64,000 nucleotides of DNA, taken from positions 372,001 to 436,000 of the forward strand of contig NW_026250432.1 in NCBI RefSeq assembly GCF_024521635.1. The letters run 5' to 3'. Numbering within the stretch: the first letter of the stretch is position 1; each line of letters opens with the position of its first letter. Below, piece after piece: positions 1 through 12,386 of the stretch. The notes beneath the pieces were generated by a model. It was given only the letters and a program-made list of their open reading frames with translations, was not told the origin of the DNA and did no database searches. Made by a program: the position numbers and the translations under genes. Source of the stretch: Tricharina praecox. Lineage: Eukaryota.

Positions 1-648
1 CTTACGGAATGAGCCCGACGCTTCCCCTTGGAAGATTGGACGGCTGGCAAAGGTTTCGTCCACAGACGATGTCTTGGTGCCGAAAGCCTGGAGCAAGTCC
101 ATAAACTCGCTGAAGACACCGAGGCCACTCAACAGAGTCCGACACCCGTCCTCGGTTATCTGGAGCTTGCCCCACGAGTAGCCTTGAACGATGAGACTGT
201 TTTTCAAATCATCAGTTATGGGGGATCACCAGAGCTACTGTCTAAAAGAAAGAAAAACATACATTATACGAGTTCCTGTGAATGTTGGAAACTTCTAAAA
301 ACCGCCAGAGCATAAACCGTAAGTCCTCGGGCCACATCTAGTCGTGCTGACAAATTTGCACGGAGCACGATAAGAACTAACCGTGAGGTATTCCTGGATC
401 TTCAGTTCAGACGTCAGAGTTTCCGCTGCAAGATGTAAGCTGAGCACATGGAAGAAGAGAAGTACTGCATATGTATATAGTAGGGAATAGTGCCGCTCAC
501 AGTATCCTTTGTCGCAATGTCTAACCCGCACAGCGTTGGTTTTGGAGAACAGACGGGCAGCGTGCGAGCTGAAACGGGAGTCGTACTCGCCGGAATTGAG
601 GCGGTAGGGGTTGTCGATGTGAGAACTGGCCGGAAATGATGCTACCAT
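1..648 (-). CDS. CorA-like membrane protein, copy A (5' exons only; gene continues past the left edge)
   Basis: ATG at 648. Spliced peptides NPYRLNSGEYDSR, LTSELKIQEYL and SWGKLQITEDGCRTLLSGLGVFSEFMDLLQAFGTKTSSVDETFASRPIFQGEASGSF align exon by exon with the genes at 12387 and 28362. A GTAAG donor lies at the window edge. Confidence 0.88.
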
Positions 649-903
649 GATTCCTAGTACATAGGCAAGCTGAGGAACTAGAGCAAGTAAGGTAATATGT
701 ACCTATGTAGTTCACGGGGTGGGGAATGGGGGAAGCCAGAGAGGAATAAATTCACGGCAAAGCGAAGCTGTAGAAGATATAGCATAGGTAACCGGCGCCT
801 TGTTCATTTTGTTCCGCTTGTCATTCTGCCACTGTCACTGTCACTGCGCTTCACTCCGCCTCTTTCCTACACCCCCGCAGTATCAACCACCCACCGCTTG
901 TGT

Positions 904-1306
904 TCACATGAGCACAGCAACCGTAGGGAAACTCATGTCCTGGATGTACCTGATTTCCTCCTGCATTCCACAGCCCCATACGTTAGCGAACCACTCTACT
1001 TAGCGGTATCATGGGTGCTGTTGCGGGCGCCCCGCCGACAGTTACTTACGTCGGTCAGCAGCTGGGGAATATCGAGTTCGAAAATTCCGTTTACGGCCTA
1101 AGACGGTACGGTCAGCCGAACCAGGCACATTTCAGGATCCCCCGTAGTATCCACCCCCAGACGGAGCCCATCATCAACCGCTTAACTCGTGATCACTGGT
1201 CACTCACCCTGGGCCGTGTGTAACAGTTTACCCCAAATAGCTCGTTCAGGCGTTTCTCCAACACGCTGAGCTTGAGATATTTCGCTGTTATAATCTGCCT
1301 CGGCAT
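904..1306 (-). CDS. 67-aa three-exon microprotein, copy A
   Basis: Exons 1306-1208, 1097-1050, 960-904 with GTGAGT..CTGAC..TAG and GTAAGT..CTAAC..CAG introns. Product MPRQIITAKYLKLSVLEKRLNELFGVNCYTRPR/AVNGIFELDIPQLLTD/EEIRYIQDMSFPTVAVLM*. Same intron phases and exon 2/3 lengths as the paralog at 27698. Confidence 0.85.
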
Positions 1307-2795
1307 TGTTTTCCGTGTTGATAGGGGGTATGTACGTTCGGTTCGGAGGTGGGTTGTGGTTAACCGGTAATTTGAGATCACAGGTGGAGAAAGAGTAAAA
1401 GAAACACCTTTCTCCTCAGGCTATATACTATCTACCATATCAGTGAAGCACAACTTTTTTTAAGGCAGCATCACCATCCCCACCACCATGCGCAGGCAGT
1501 TCCGCCAATCAGCGGAGCGAGATCACAGCCGGGGCCCAGACAAACGGACAGACGGACGCAATCTCCATGGTCCCCTACGGTGCCAGGATTCACATTTCGC
1601 GTGCGCACGCACTACTCTGCATTCTGCACTCTGGAAGGTGCGCACCCCGACACCGCTCCAGCGCAGCAGGGTGGCATCCCCCGTATCTACATACAATATA
1701 TTTTTATATAGGTAGTCCGATAATCGGAGAAAAAAAGGGAATATCATATGTACAAACAGACCTACGTACGAAAGGACTGGCTGCGGCCTGGATACCCCGG
1801 CACTGAGGCTGATTGATTGGTTGGTTGGGAAATCACCTTCGGTGCCTACCTTATAGTGGTATCTACATGCTAACTGACTATACCTACCACACCTACTCTT
1901 TGGCCAGGCCAGGCAGCCGCTCAAAGTTCACAACATCGTCCTCCCCACGCAACGTGCGCGAGCCCAGCTTCCCCTGCCCGATCAAGATGGCCAGTGATGG
2001 CTGCCGCAAGGCTTGTTGCTCGGGAAATATGGGCTACCTAGGTAGTTAGATGTGGAACGATCCTGGAGTAGGCGGCTAGGGCGGGTTGGAGTTGAAGGCA
2101 CAAAAGATGGACACGCCACACAACTAGATTATTTTAATAGTAGGGGGCATGTGCTCTACATCATAGTTACCACCAGCTCAGGTTCCTCCAAAGACGTACA
2201 TACAGAAACTTTGAAATCCTCGGATGCTGAGACTTACGCTGGTCTCTGAAGTACATACAAAAAATTCCAGATGTCTCATCCGACTCGAGTAATCTATATG
2301 TGCTTGTCTGCATACATGTACTGAGCCCGTGTGTCTCTCACGTGATATATCTAATAATTAGAGTATTTGTCTCGCAGCTTCCAATGAGAGGAGCGATATG
2401 TAGGATACCTAGATAGGGGATGAGATTATAAGCGACGGACGAGATAAGATAAGGAGGAGTGGCTAGCCGGATCGGGTGGCGCTGAACGTTGTAGGCAACG
2501 GTGGAGAGCCATACAACATGGTTCTTCGAAGTTGAATAGAACCTCGACTTCTCCATCATTCATTTTCGCCGTTCGCTCTACCGGGCTCCCTAATTTGGGT
2601 AACTACATCTTATTCGTACATTGTACGGTGAATTCTTCGTAGCTGATAACTACTCGAGAGAGTAGACCACAGACAGACGATCACGAAGAACTTCCGATCC
2701 ATCTTGTAACTACTGAGTTCATATCTGAATCGGTTGTGGTATCTACTATATCTATTAACTATTACAACAGAGCTCTCCGGCCGGTACGGTTTCCA

Positions 2796-5313
2796 TTACG
2801 CTCCTTGTACCGGTATTGCCACCATCTCCACTTCCAATGCCGTTTGCGTTGGTGGCTCCTCGAACCCCCACAGGGTTTTTTGTACCTTTGGGCGAACCTG
2901 CAGTCTTTCGAGGATGCCCAATATACCACCGTCGCCGATCTGCACGGGCGGAGGTGAGCGATTTTTCGGTAGGATGCAACGGGAGGGATGTAATTATGGT
3001 TACGCTGATCATGTGCTTACCTTTTGGTACGTCACCATTCTGGTCTGGCCACGGTATTTCTCTGGGAAGGGATCGTTCGGATCCTCGGGCTTGATCTGGA
3101 AGGCTACTCCGACTATTCTCTGCAGCCAGTTGGGCAGCGGATCCGAGACCTGTGCTGCGTGGTCCGTCGTTCTCGCCGTGCTCGGTGTGGTGCCGGCGTT
3201 GTCGACGATGACGATGCCGCTCGGATCGGGCGCGGAAGTTTGGATCTCTCGGCGCGCTTCTAGGTCCCCTATAGTTTCGGCTAATGGTCTTTGGAAGGGG
3301 TTTTCCAATGGCCACAGAGCAAGTGCCCATATCATCCCCAGCGCCATTGTCCCGAACGCGATCGTCGGCTGCAGCCACATGCCCGAAGGCGTACCCTCAG
3401 ATTGTTGGCTCGGTATCATGGTGAGGACTATGATTCCCACGTTTACGATCACGATGGAGGCCGTTACGGACACCACTACGAACCGATTCATCAGCGGGAA
3501 GGATCGTTGCTTGACGGTCCAGTATAGCGATCCGCAGATTATGGCTATGGGTGATGGCTGTCAGTGGATGCACTTTGGATCGATGTCGATGAACGCGGTC
3601 ACTCACCAACGACTAAAGTACGGCCGTATGTATACAACCGCAGAGCGATGGTCGACCTGCCCTCCGTGTACGGCGTCGCGACGACGATTATCCCTATGGT
3701 ACATACGACCCAGTGCACCAGGTACGCACCGGATCTGGTCGGAGAGCTGAACGTCGACTCGTGACAGAGGATCTTCCAGATGGGAATCAGCTTCTGCATT
3801 CCGATTTCTCTGCCGACTATACCATCGACGCCGTCAGCTTTTAGTTCTGAGGTATGCAGATATAAGGATGTAAGATGACGTGGGAACGAACCTTGGGAGT
3901 ATGCATATGTACTCGCGAGTATGTTTCCAACCGGTGAAAGCGAGAAGAAAGCCGCAGCTATAGCCTTGCCCCGTGGGCTATTCATCATCTACAAGGCATC
4001 ATCAGCACGATCGACTGCAGCCGCGCGTCGAACATTCTTGCTATACCTACCGCGGTTAATCCTTCGTCGCCTACGACCTTATCGAACGGTAGGGCCACCA
4101 TCTGCAGGGAGCAGTGGTAGTCAGCATCAACTACGCTCAAAGATCTCGCCATTCGCGGGGCCGTCTACATACCACTGCTATGTTGACCATCATGTATAGG
4201 ATCGTAACGAGTAGTATCGCCATCAAACCCCCAAACTTGAGGGCCCTTCCGGAAGATTCGACCTCCCCCACCACCTATGGTTCGCTTAGTCGGCGTTCCC
4301 GTCCACTCATCGTCCTCCTCCTCCTGCTCTGCCCAAAGGATGCGTACATACGTAAAATGGGATCTCCCATCCCTGGTAGCTGAACAACACCACGAAGAGC
4401 GCGGATATAGGCTTTGATCCCTTAGTGTGTAGCGTCCACTCATTCTCCGCGAGCCGCCAGCGATACCCTATGATGGAGATCGCCAACAGCAGTATGACCT
4501 TGTAGATGGCAAACAGTCTGTTGAAGCGGAGACCCATCCATTTATGTCGGTAGAGGACGAGAGTCACCGCGGTGACGACGGTCACCGCAACCCCCTTCAC
4601 TGCGTGCGGGTTCAGGTCGTGCGGATCCGTCGTGTGCGGATTGCACGCCTGCAGGACGTACTTGGCGAAGCCGAAGGAGTTCGGGTACGCCGTGCCGAGA
4701 GTCAGCTGGTACACCGAGTACGCCAGCCCAGGCAGGTATTGCAGCCGTGGAAGGCGTCTAAATATTCGATCGATCTTTCGAGCGAGGGCGTCAGTAAATA
4801 AATACATACATACGTACGTACATACGGTGAATCTCCCCGCCACCGAGAGTAAAAGGTGGGGGAATTTACATATAGCAGCTCCCCTCCATTGAAAGGCCAC
4901 GCGTTCCCATACTCAACATAAATCGAGAAACTTGCCCGCGCATCAATCAGCAAATGCGAACGCCCGCCCGTCGGATGAGACTCCTCGAGCGGAGGTGGGG
5001 AGCGGGTGAGAACCAACCACAAACATGAAAATAACCCGCCAATGAACCACATGCCCAGAGCCAGCCACTGGCTTCCGCAGAACCACAGCACGAGCGAGGG
5101 GTTGGTGAAGATGCCCACGCCCACCATGCGGTTGATCATGAGGGCGGCGACATCGTAGCGTGTCAGGACTCGGGGGAGCTCTGTCCTCGGCGCGGGATTG
5201 TCGACAGTGACGTGCGCTCGGTCCTTGGTCCGTTGGGTAATGCCGGTCGGGATTTCGCCGTTCAGGTTTCCGTCTTCGGTAGACCGTTCCACAGGTGGGC
5301 TCGGGCCCGACAT
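2796..5313 (-). CDS. APC-superfamily amino-acid permease (Mup1/LAT-like), copy A, ~9 exons, apparently intact
   Basis: ATG 5313, TAA 2796-2798. TM1-type motif MINRMVGVGIFTNP, YVEYG..WPFNGGE, TM6-type SYQGWE, LSPVGNI and many hydrophobic segments. Splices in frame with canonical introns. Confidence 0.85.
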
Positions 5314-7681
5314 CGCACGCCAATCGGAGTAGAGGCTCCAGCCGAGAACAGGAGCGCGAGCGGTGAGGATGCAACTACTGCAGGAATGGGGTCGGTGGGC
5401 GAGGAGGCAGTGGAGAGACGAATGGGATGGGGAGAAAATAGATGGGGAGAAAATAGATGGGGGAGCAAGATATACTAGGTACGAGGTATATACAGAAGAG
5501 CCAAACATCGATACGTGGAGATAGTAGAACTACCTATAGTACTATGGAGTCAGCACATTGATTCTCGACTGCCGACCTACCTTGTACCTGGCAGGCTGCC
5601 ATGCACTCTATTCACAATCATTGCAAGAAGACAACGCTAGAGATTATCCAGCTTTCCCGCATTGCACCTCAGTCCACTGCCCATTCCTCCTGTTTCATTT
5701 TTGTCTGTGATCGCATGCCGCGCTCCTCGTTGTGGGCCATACTATCCGCCCCTCTACGTCCAGCCATTCGCGGCTACGGTCTCGCTTCGTCAAGAGACCA
5801 ACTAACCAATCAAGCCCATGCAGCGCGTGGTCAAACATCGCCTTGGTTTACTACTGTATAGTACTCAAGTAGTGCCGCCACCTCAGCTGTGCCTAGCCGG
5901 TGTGGATGGACGGTATCCGGCGGTGATCGATAGTTACCCACGAGTCTGTATGAAGTACGGTATGTACAGATGAAACTTTATGGGAATTGCTGCACCGTGT
6001 TGCCGAGAGCAATACGGTAACGGTGTAGCGGAGAGGATGACTGACTCGCCAGGCGCGAGTCGAGATGAGTCGAAGCTTTGGGGGGGAACCCGTTCCAGCG
6101 CATTTCGTGGCGAGACCACTGTGCTCAGCCTGGCCATGTATGTAGTGCGCGCAATGCGTGATGGTAGGTGCGCACTCGAAACGTGCGCGCTGCGCACGAA
6201 TAACTACTGCAGTTCGTCCGGACATTAATTAAGGGTCAAGACATGAAGAAAGTGAATAAATGCGGAAGGTGCGATAATCCTGGACAACTTAGTATGCACA
6301 AGAGGGGCGTTTATTCGTTAATTTTTGATTGTTGAGCTAACTGGATTGGGGATTGTTGACTTCCCACGCAGTTCCACTCTGGGACTGGTCACCGGTCCAC
6401 CGGTATAGCCCCAGCAGCTATTTCTGGATACATAGGAGGTTTTTTTTCCCTTTTTTTCCCCTTAATCGTTGGTTGTATGCAGCTCCTAGATAGGAGGCAG
6501 AAGGCAGGCTCCCTCACCCCTAACATGGACCGCACGTTTCAGAGCGAGTGAGATCTTGTCATTACGGTAATGCTCTGCCGCTTCGGCTGCAGACGTGATG
6601 GAGGAGCAAACGGAGCAGACAGAGCTGACCGATGCGAGAGTTGTGCCCCCTACAGCGGTGAGGCTGATGCCCCTCTATCTAACGATTTATCTTCCGCAGC
6701 AACCTCTTCGCACTGCGCAGAGTGACTGGTAGACGTGCGGTGAAAGCACGCTAGGTATGACTTATCTCATACGAGGATACTGCTAGTGGTTCACCAACGA
6801 TGGATACACCGCCCTCAGCCTTGTCGGCAGTTTATCCGGAGAGACGATGGTGTGCTACACGTGGATATGTATGCGGGTTAGCCACTTAGTTACCACGCCC
6901 AACGAGTCCAGCCCGCGCTGGCTGCGAATCTCAAGAAATGCCCGGCACAGCCCCTCTCCTATCGCCGGGAAGTACCAGGATCTGACATCTAGATTCAGGC
7001 GATGGAACGAAGCGAAGTACATACCAACCTAAAGCACAAAGGCGATAGGTGGGAGGCCCCCCGGGTGTTTAGTGTTCGGTCTTCGGAGGGCTGCTTACAA
7101 ATTTCAATGTGCGAGATCTCCGGATTTTAGTCTTCAGAGATAGGTTCTGGGTGTAGTTGAGTCTCGAGAGTCGGCCCTGGGTACTTACTAGGCACCTAGG
7201 TATCTATGTGAAGTAGCAGTGAGGAGGTGAACATTCGCGCCACTTTCGTCGAAGCCGGGGTTGTGCGCCACTACTACCTAGTAGCCTGTGAGAGGCTGGA
7301 TCACATGGGTCACTATGAGTCACTCGTCTCACTTCAGCATGCTACAAAGAATCGGTAGGTACTCTAGTAAATGTCTGCACCAAATGGAACTACTAGTAAC
7401 TACAGTAACCAAGTACTCCCAGAAGTCCTATGCGAAAGAACAGCCCCATACCTATCCATGCCCAAACATCAAATGTTCAACTCAGAGAACACATAAGCAA
7501 CGAAGTGGGCATACATAGCAATATTCCTCGTATCTAGTCCGCTGCGGCACGACCAGTTCTTCACTGGAGCCTTCTATTCATCTTGCCCAATGCGCCGTGT
7601 ATGCCAACTATATATTATATTTCCAGTTCCGGGCCCGCAGGCGCAATAATCCTACACTCGTCCTCGCCCGCTATCTTCCCC

Positions 7682-10001
7682 TTAGCTGGTGCTTATCATG
7701 GGCTGGCTGGTGCCAGGCCTTGGGGGAGTGGCTCCATCGGTATCTGCGCATTCTCCGCGGCGGAGGGGCGGCGGCGGCTGCGCTCCCCTTGGCCCTCCCA
7801 GCAGACCCGACAGCCACTGCAGAAAGTTGAGCTCCCGGAGGTATCTCAACAGACCACCTTCGCCGACCTGCCACGATGTGAGTGAAAAATCTTGGGTGGG
7901 ATGCCAGATACAATGATACAAATGGGTAGTATCATACCTGTATGTACGTTGCCATTCTCGTCTGTCCACAGTGCTCGCCCGAATTGTTGCAGCCCCTGAT
8001 CTGTAGTGCTACGCCGAGAGTTTTCTGCACGAAATTGCAATCATCTCCGGTCAAAGGAATGGCAGCGTGCTCCGCAGCCCTCGGCGCGGCTGCGTCCGCG
8101 GCACCAACAACGTCGGCGTCATTCTCCGATTGCGCTTCGCTGTCCGAGGGCTTTTGCGACTTCTCCGACGGCCATAGACATAGTCCCCACAGGGTTCCGA
8201 GGCCCATCAGGCCGAATGCGACTGCCGGGCGAGCCCATGTCTTGCCTGACGGGTTGTCGTCGCGCGGAATCGGGTACGAGTTGATGATCAGTACGCCGAT
8301 GTTCACCGAGGATATAAGGATTGCCGCAAGCCACCACAGCCATCGCGAACGACCCCACTCCTTCTCGAACACGCCCCACGGCAGCGCCACGGCGAGAATC
8401 ACTGCGATTATGCATGCATGTCAGCGTAGTGCACTGCAGTGCGAGTCGCGGCACTGGGTGGTCCCACCGATGATGAAAGTACGCCCATAGTTGTAGATCG
8501 TCAACCCGATCGAGAACGTGAATTGTTTGTAGTGCGGAGTGGCAACGGCGACGATCGAGGTGATGCATGCGATCCAGTGCACCAGGTAGGCACCGGAGTT
8601 GGTGCGATCGCTGAACTTCGACTGGTGCGCGAGGATCTGCCAGAACGGAAACAGTTTCTGGTCACCAATCATTTTGCCAACTTCCATACTACCAGTCAGT
8701 CGTGTGGTACTACCAGTCAGTCGTGTGGAGCTCCGGTTGGATGATGGGACAATGTCAAAGCATAAGGGAAACACACTAACCACAGCCGTACGCATATATG
8801 CTCGCGAGCATGTTCCCAACCGGTGAGAGCGAGATGAGAAACGTTACCGCTGCCGCCGCTTGGAGGTTGGTGATCATCTGTCCGGATCAGCGGACTGACC
8901 GTTTCTGCCTTGGATCGACGTACATACCGCGCCTACTCCTTCACCATCAACCAGGGCCTGATAGGGTAGAACTACCATCTGGAAGCAACGCGTGGTGAGC
9001 ATAGGATTAGTGATCCGTTGGAGGCACGTAAATACCAGTGCTATGTTGGCCATCATGTATAACGCCGTGACGGTCGCGATCGCAACGAATCCGCCCTCTC
9101 TGACGATGTTCTTGGATGAATGACCTCTGAGCTCGCCCAGGACCTATGAGTAGTAGTTAGTACATGGTACGATTAGACTCCGAGATCGCCTCCCTCCTCC
9201 TCCTCCCTCGGGACTCCCTCGGGAGAGCGTACATACATAAAAGGGAATCTCCCAACCCTGGTACGCGTACACAACCGAGAAGAATCCGGAGGCGACTCTC
9301 CAGCCGTTGTGATGATGGTTCCACGTGATTCCACTATCGCTGTAGCCATAACCCACGATAGACCCAAAAAACACCAGCACGACTTTGTACACGGCAAATA
9401 AGCGATTAAGGCGGAGCGCGAGCCACTTGCATCGGTAGAGGATGAATGTCAACCCGGTGACGACGATCGCCGCGCTCACTTTGATACTTGATCGATCTGC
9501 GAGCGCAGTTATAGCGACGTCAGTACGGTCTTCCACCGGTCGGAACGGAATGGAATAGGTAGGTAGATGTCGGCAGAGTCACCGTACATATAGTATATCT
9601 CCTCCATTATATGGCCACGTCGTTCCGTACTCAACGTAAACACAGAAACTAAACCAGCACGGTCGTCAGAAATGCCGAGTGAGGAGTAATGATTATGTAC
9701 AGGGGTGACGGGAGGGGGGCGGGCGAACCAACCACAAAAGGGAAAAGAGTCCGCCAGCAAACCACACCCACAGAGCCAAATGCTGGTTCCCGCAGAACCA
9801 AAGTACGGCTGGAGGGTTGGTGAAGATCCCGACGCCTATCATGCGGTTGATCATGAGGCTCGCCACGTCGAACCGTGTGAGATATCAGGTTGGAATGTTC
9901 GGTTCGGACCCACGCTCGCTCGCAGTGGTGGGTGCCACCGAAGCTTGCTGACTGGGCTGTGCTCCGGAGTAAACTGGTTGTGGCGGGGTTTCCGCCGATA
10001 T
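7682..10001 (-). pseudogene. Amino-acid permease pseudogene, copy B
   Basis: Same motifs (MINRMIGVGIFTNP, AYQGWEIPFY, LSPVGNMLAS). Lesions: ATA at the probable start position (10001), in-frame TGA at 9885-9887, and a frameshifting deletion of roughly 50 codons near 9485 removing the GTAYPN segment seen in the paralogs. Confidence 0.82.
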
Positions 10002-11650
10002 ATTGTCAGGAGACAAAAGTAAAGACATGCCGGGCCAATAGGGCGGGCAAAGTAGAAAAGATCGGTGAAGGCAGCAGTCACGGGAGTAATAAACAATACG
10101 GTTGGACGAAAAGCGGCGGAGGAGAAGGATTGAACTTATAAGTTATAACAAGTGAATATTTACGCATAGCTAGCCATTTCGCATGCATGTCGAAACGTGA
10201 GGATAGACACTTCAGTGTATGCTTAGCGAGAAGTGGGGCTGACCGTGTCAATTGACTAATTCTCTGCCTACAGCCTGATTCAGGGGTTTTTGTATATCCT
10301 CGTTGTCTACAATTCAAGATACATAGGTGTAGAGAGCAAAGTCCTCACTCGGTCCAGACTCCAGACGGGCTGCAGAGTGCAGTATGGAATAATACCAACC
10401 TGATGAAATCCTTAACCTGATGAAATCCTGAACCTGAGGAATCCGGACTGACAGCCTGACATCCCATCCCGTCCCATACTCAGCCGTAATTGCTTTTTGT
10501 GACTGACGTGGACACCGAGCGGTCCCTCCGTGAAAAGTGCATGACCGTGCTTCTGGCAGGCTCATGGAGTGCGTACCGGAAGGCCAGCAAGACCATTGGT
10601 TCGCTCCCACTATGTATCGCTCCTCCTCGGTGGTAGGTGTGTGGCTGAAGCCCCAAGAGCTACACAAATTGGCCTGCTGAAACCTGAAGGCGCGGCCATG
10701 CAGATGGGCGGCTAGCTGGATCCGACCTTTCCCCTCCCGAAAACAAAGTCAGTGGTCACCAACACTCACTAGCGTTTCAGTTTCGGGACCTACGAGGGTA
10801 CTGTGAATTATCCTTGCGTTCAGGCGCTCGTTGGCCGCAGTGCGCAGCGCTCTGTCCAGAACAATGTCTCTTGCATGTGTGGTACCTATTAAGCGCATCT
10901 TCCAACTTGGAAGCGAACGGACATCAGACAGTTCCAGTGGAGGCTAACTCAGCCTCTTCTGAGATCTCGCTGGCAGACATCTGGTCAATAGGCAGTGGCT
11001 GGTAAAGGTACGGTACTCTACTCGAGAGTTTGATCAGCTACATTCACCCTGGCCCCACATACTGCCAGCTATGTGTAAAAGAAAAGCCAAGAAGAATAAA
11101 GGCATGGATTGACGTCAGTCAGTCAGGCTGTGCTGTGCGCAGTGCGCATGCCGCACGGCACCAGTAAGGTATTTCAAAATTCCTACCCACATGTTAGTGA
11201 GGGCCAAGCTCCGTCTCGTCTCATATTCGCGATCGCCGAGCTGACGGTACGATAGGGTGCCGAATCTTGCAATATTCGTGCACAGGGGGGTATTTGTCTG
11301 CACGGGTCGACTGCGCACGCCTGATCGCCGTCCAAAGCGCCCCTGTGCAAACAAAATACAAGTTGATGAGCCACGGAGAACGTGTCGATGGGACACGGCG
11401 CGCGAGGCATAACCTGCTCCCTCGAGGATGACATAATTGGTGGATGCACATTCTTTCGTGTGCGCACTCCCAACTTCGCATGGGGATACCCCAAAACCGG
11501 TGATTCCGAGGATTATATAGAGTAGTGGGTATACCGTAGCCGGGGATTAGGCTTGGATATCATTCTTCCCTTCTTCTCCATCAGCACCTATCATACCGAA
11601 AGAACACATAACTCACAGAACACGCCCCCGCCCCCCGGGACGTAATCGCG

Positions 11651-12075
11651 ATGACCAAGCAAACCTTGAAGGCGAAATATGTCCAGATCAGTGTGCTAGG
11701 TAGTTACTCTAGAGGAGCATCTGCAGATCGATGCTGTTTGCGCCAGGAACCTGCTCGCGGCCGAGGGTGAGCGGTCACTGTGAGCGTGTAATTTCAGCCC
11801 CGGCTGTGGAGTTACATACTCTACCGCAGCACGCGGTAGAGTACGGCATGCGCCTGGCATGCCTGACCGTTTCCAGGCTATAAATAGAAGTGTTGCGTTG
11901 AACGTTCCTGGGTGGCTGACCGACGGGAGTGGAGTGCTACTCTGGAGTCTAAAGGCCGACTCGCGGGCGTAAAGTACTTGGTAATTAGGTGATTAACACG
12001 CAATGCCTTGGAAAGCAGGACCAGTCAAACTGTCAAAGAGATCCACAGTCGCAATTATGTAAGGCAAAGTGGGCA
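11651..12075 (+). pseudogene. Microprotein pseudogene, copy B
   Basis: MTKQTLKAKYVQISVL..EEHLQ..MLFAPGTCSRPR|GTGAGC; exon 2 AINRSVALNVPGWLTD (11877-11924). Lesions: 13-nt and 4-nt insertions in exon 1, second donor mutated to GGGAGT, degenerate exon 3 from 12019 (end coordinate inferred from paralog length). Confidence 0.75.
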
Positions 12076-12261
12076 GGGGCGGTGGCGTAAGGATGTACAT
12101 ACGGGGCGCAATGGTGCTATGGGGGCACTGGCGGAATGGAAAGGGGAGGAAAGCCTGTTCTCTACTCTCATATTATCGGCCATGCCCGGAGGTGAATATG
12201 CCATATCAGCAGCTTCCGTCCTGATGGATGGTTAACTGATAGATTCTTTTGAATCTCCACA

Positions 12262-12384
12262 GAATAGCCTCAGCACCTTCTCGAGCCATTCATCCATCCC
12301 TATATCCATACACACCAATCGAATAGCCTCAGAACCTTCTCGAGTCATTCATCCATCGCCATTTCCATACATACTAATCGAATA
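12262..12384 (+). repeat. 59-bp tandem duplication just upstream of the copy B CorA-like ATG
   Basis: GAATAGCCTCAG(C/A)ACCTTCTCGAG(C/T)CATTCATCCATC... at 12262 and again at 12321. Confidence 0.9.
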
Positions 12385-12386
12385 CC

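Noticed and set aside
2734..3750. 338-aa plus-strand ORF, and similar antisense ORFs over 7942-8490, 23519-24028, 36917-37546 and 38754-40361
   Set aside because: Antisense shadows of GC-rich real exons; no independent motifs.
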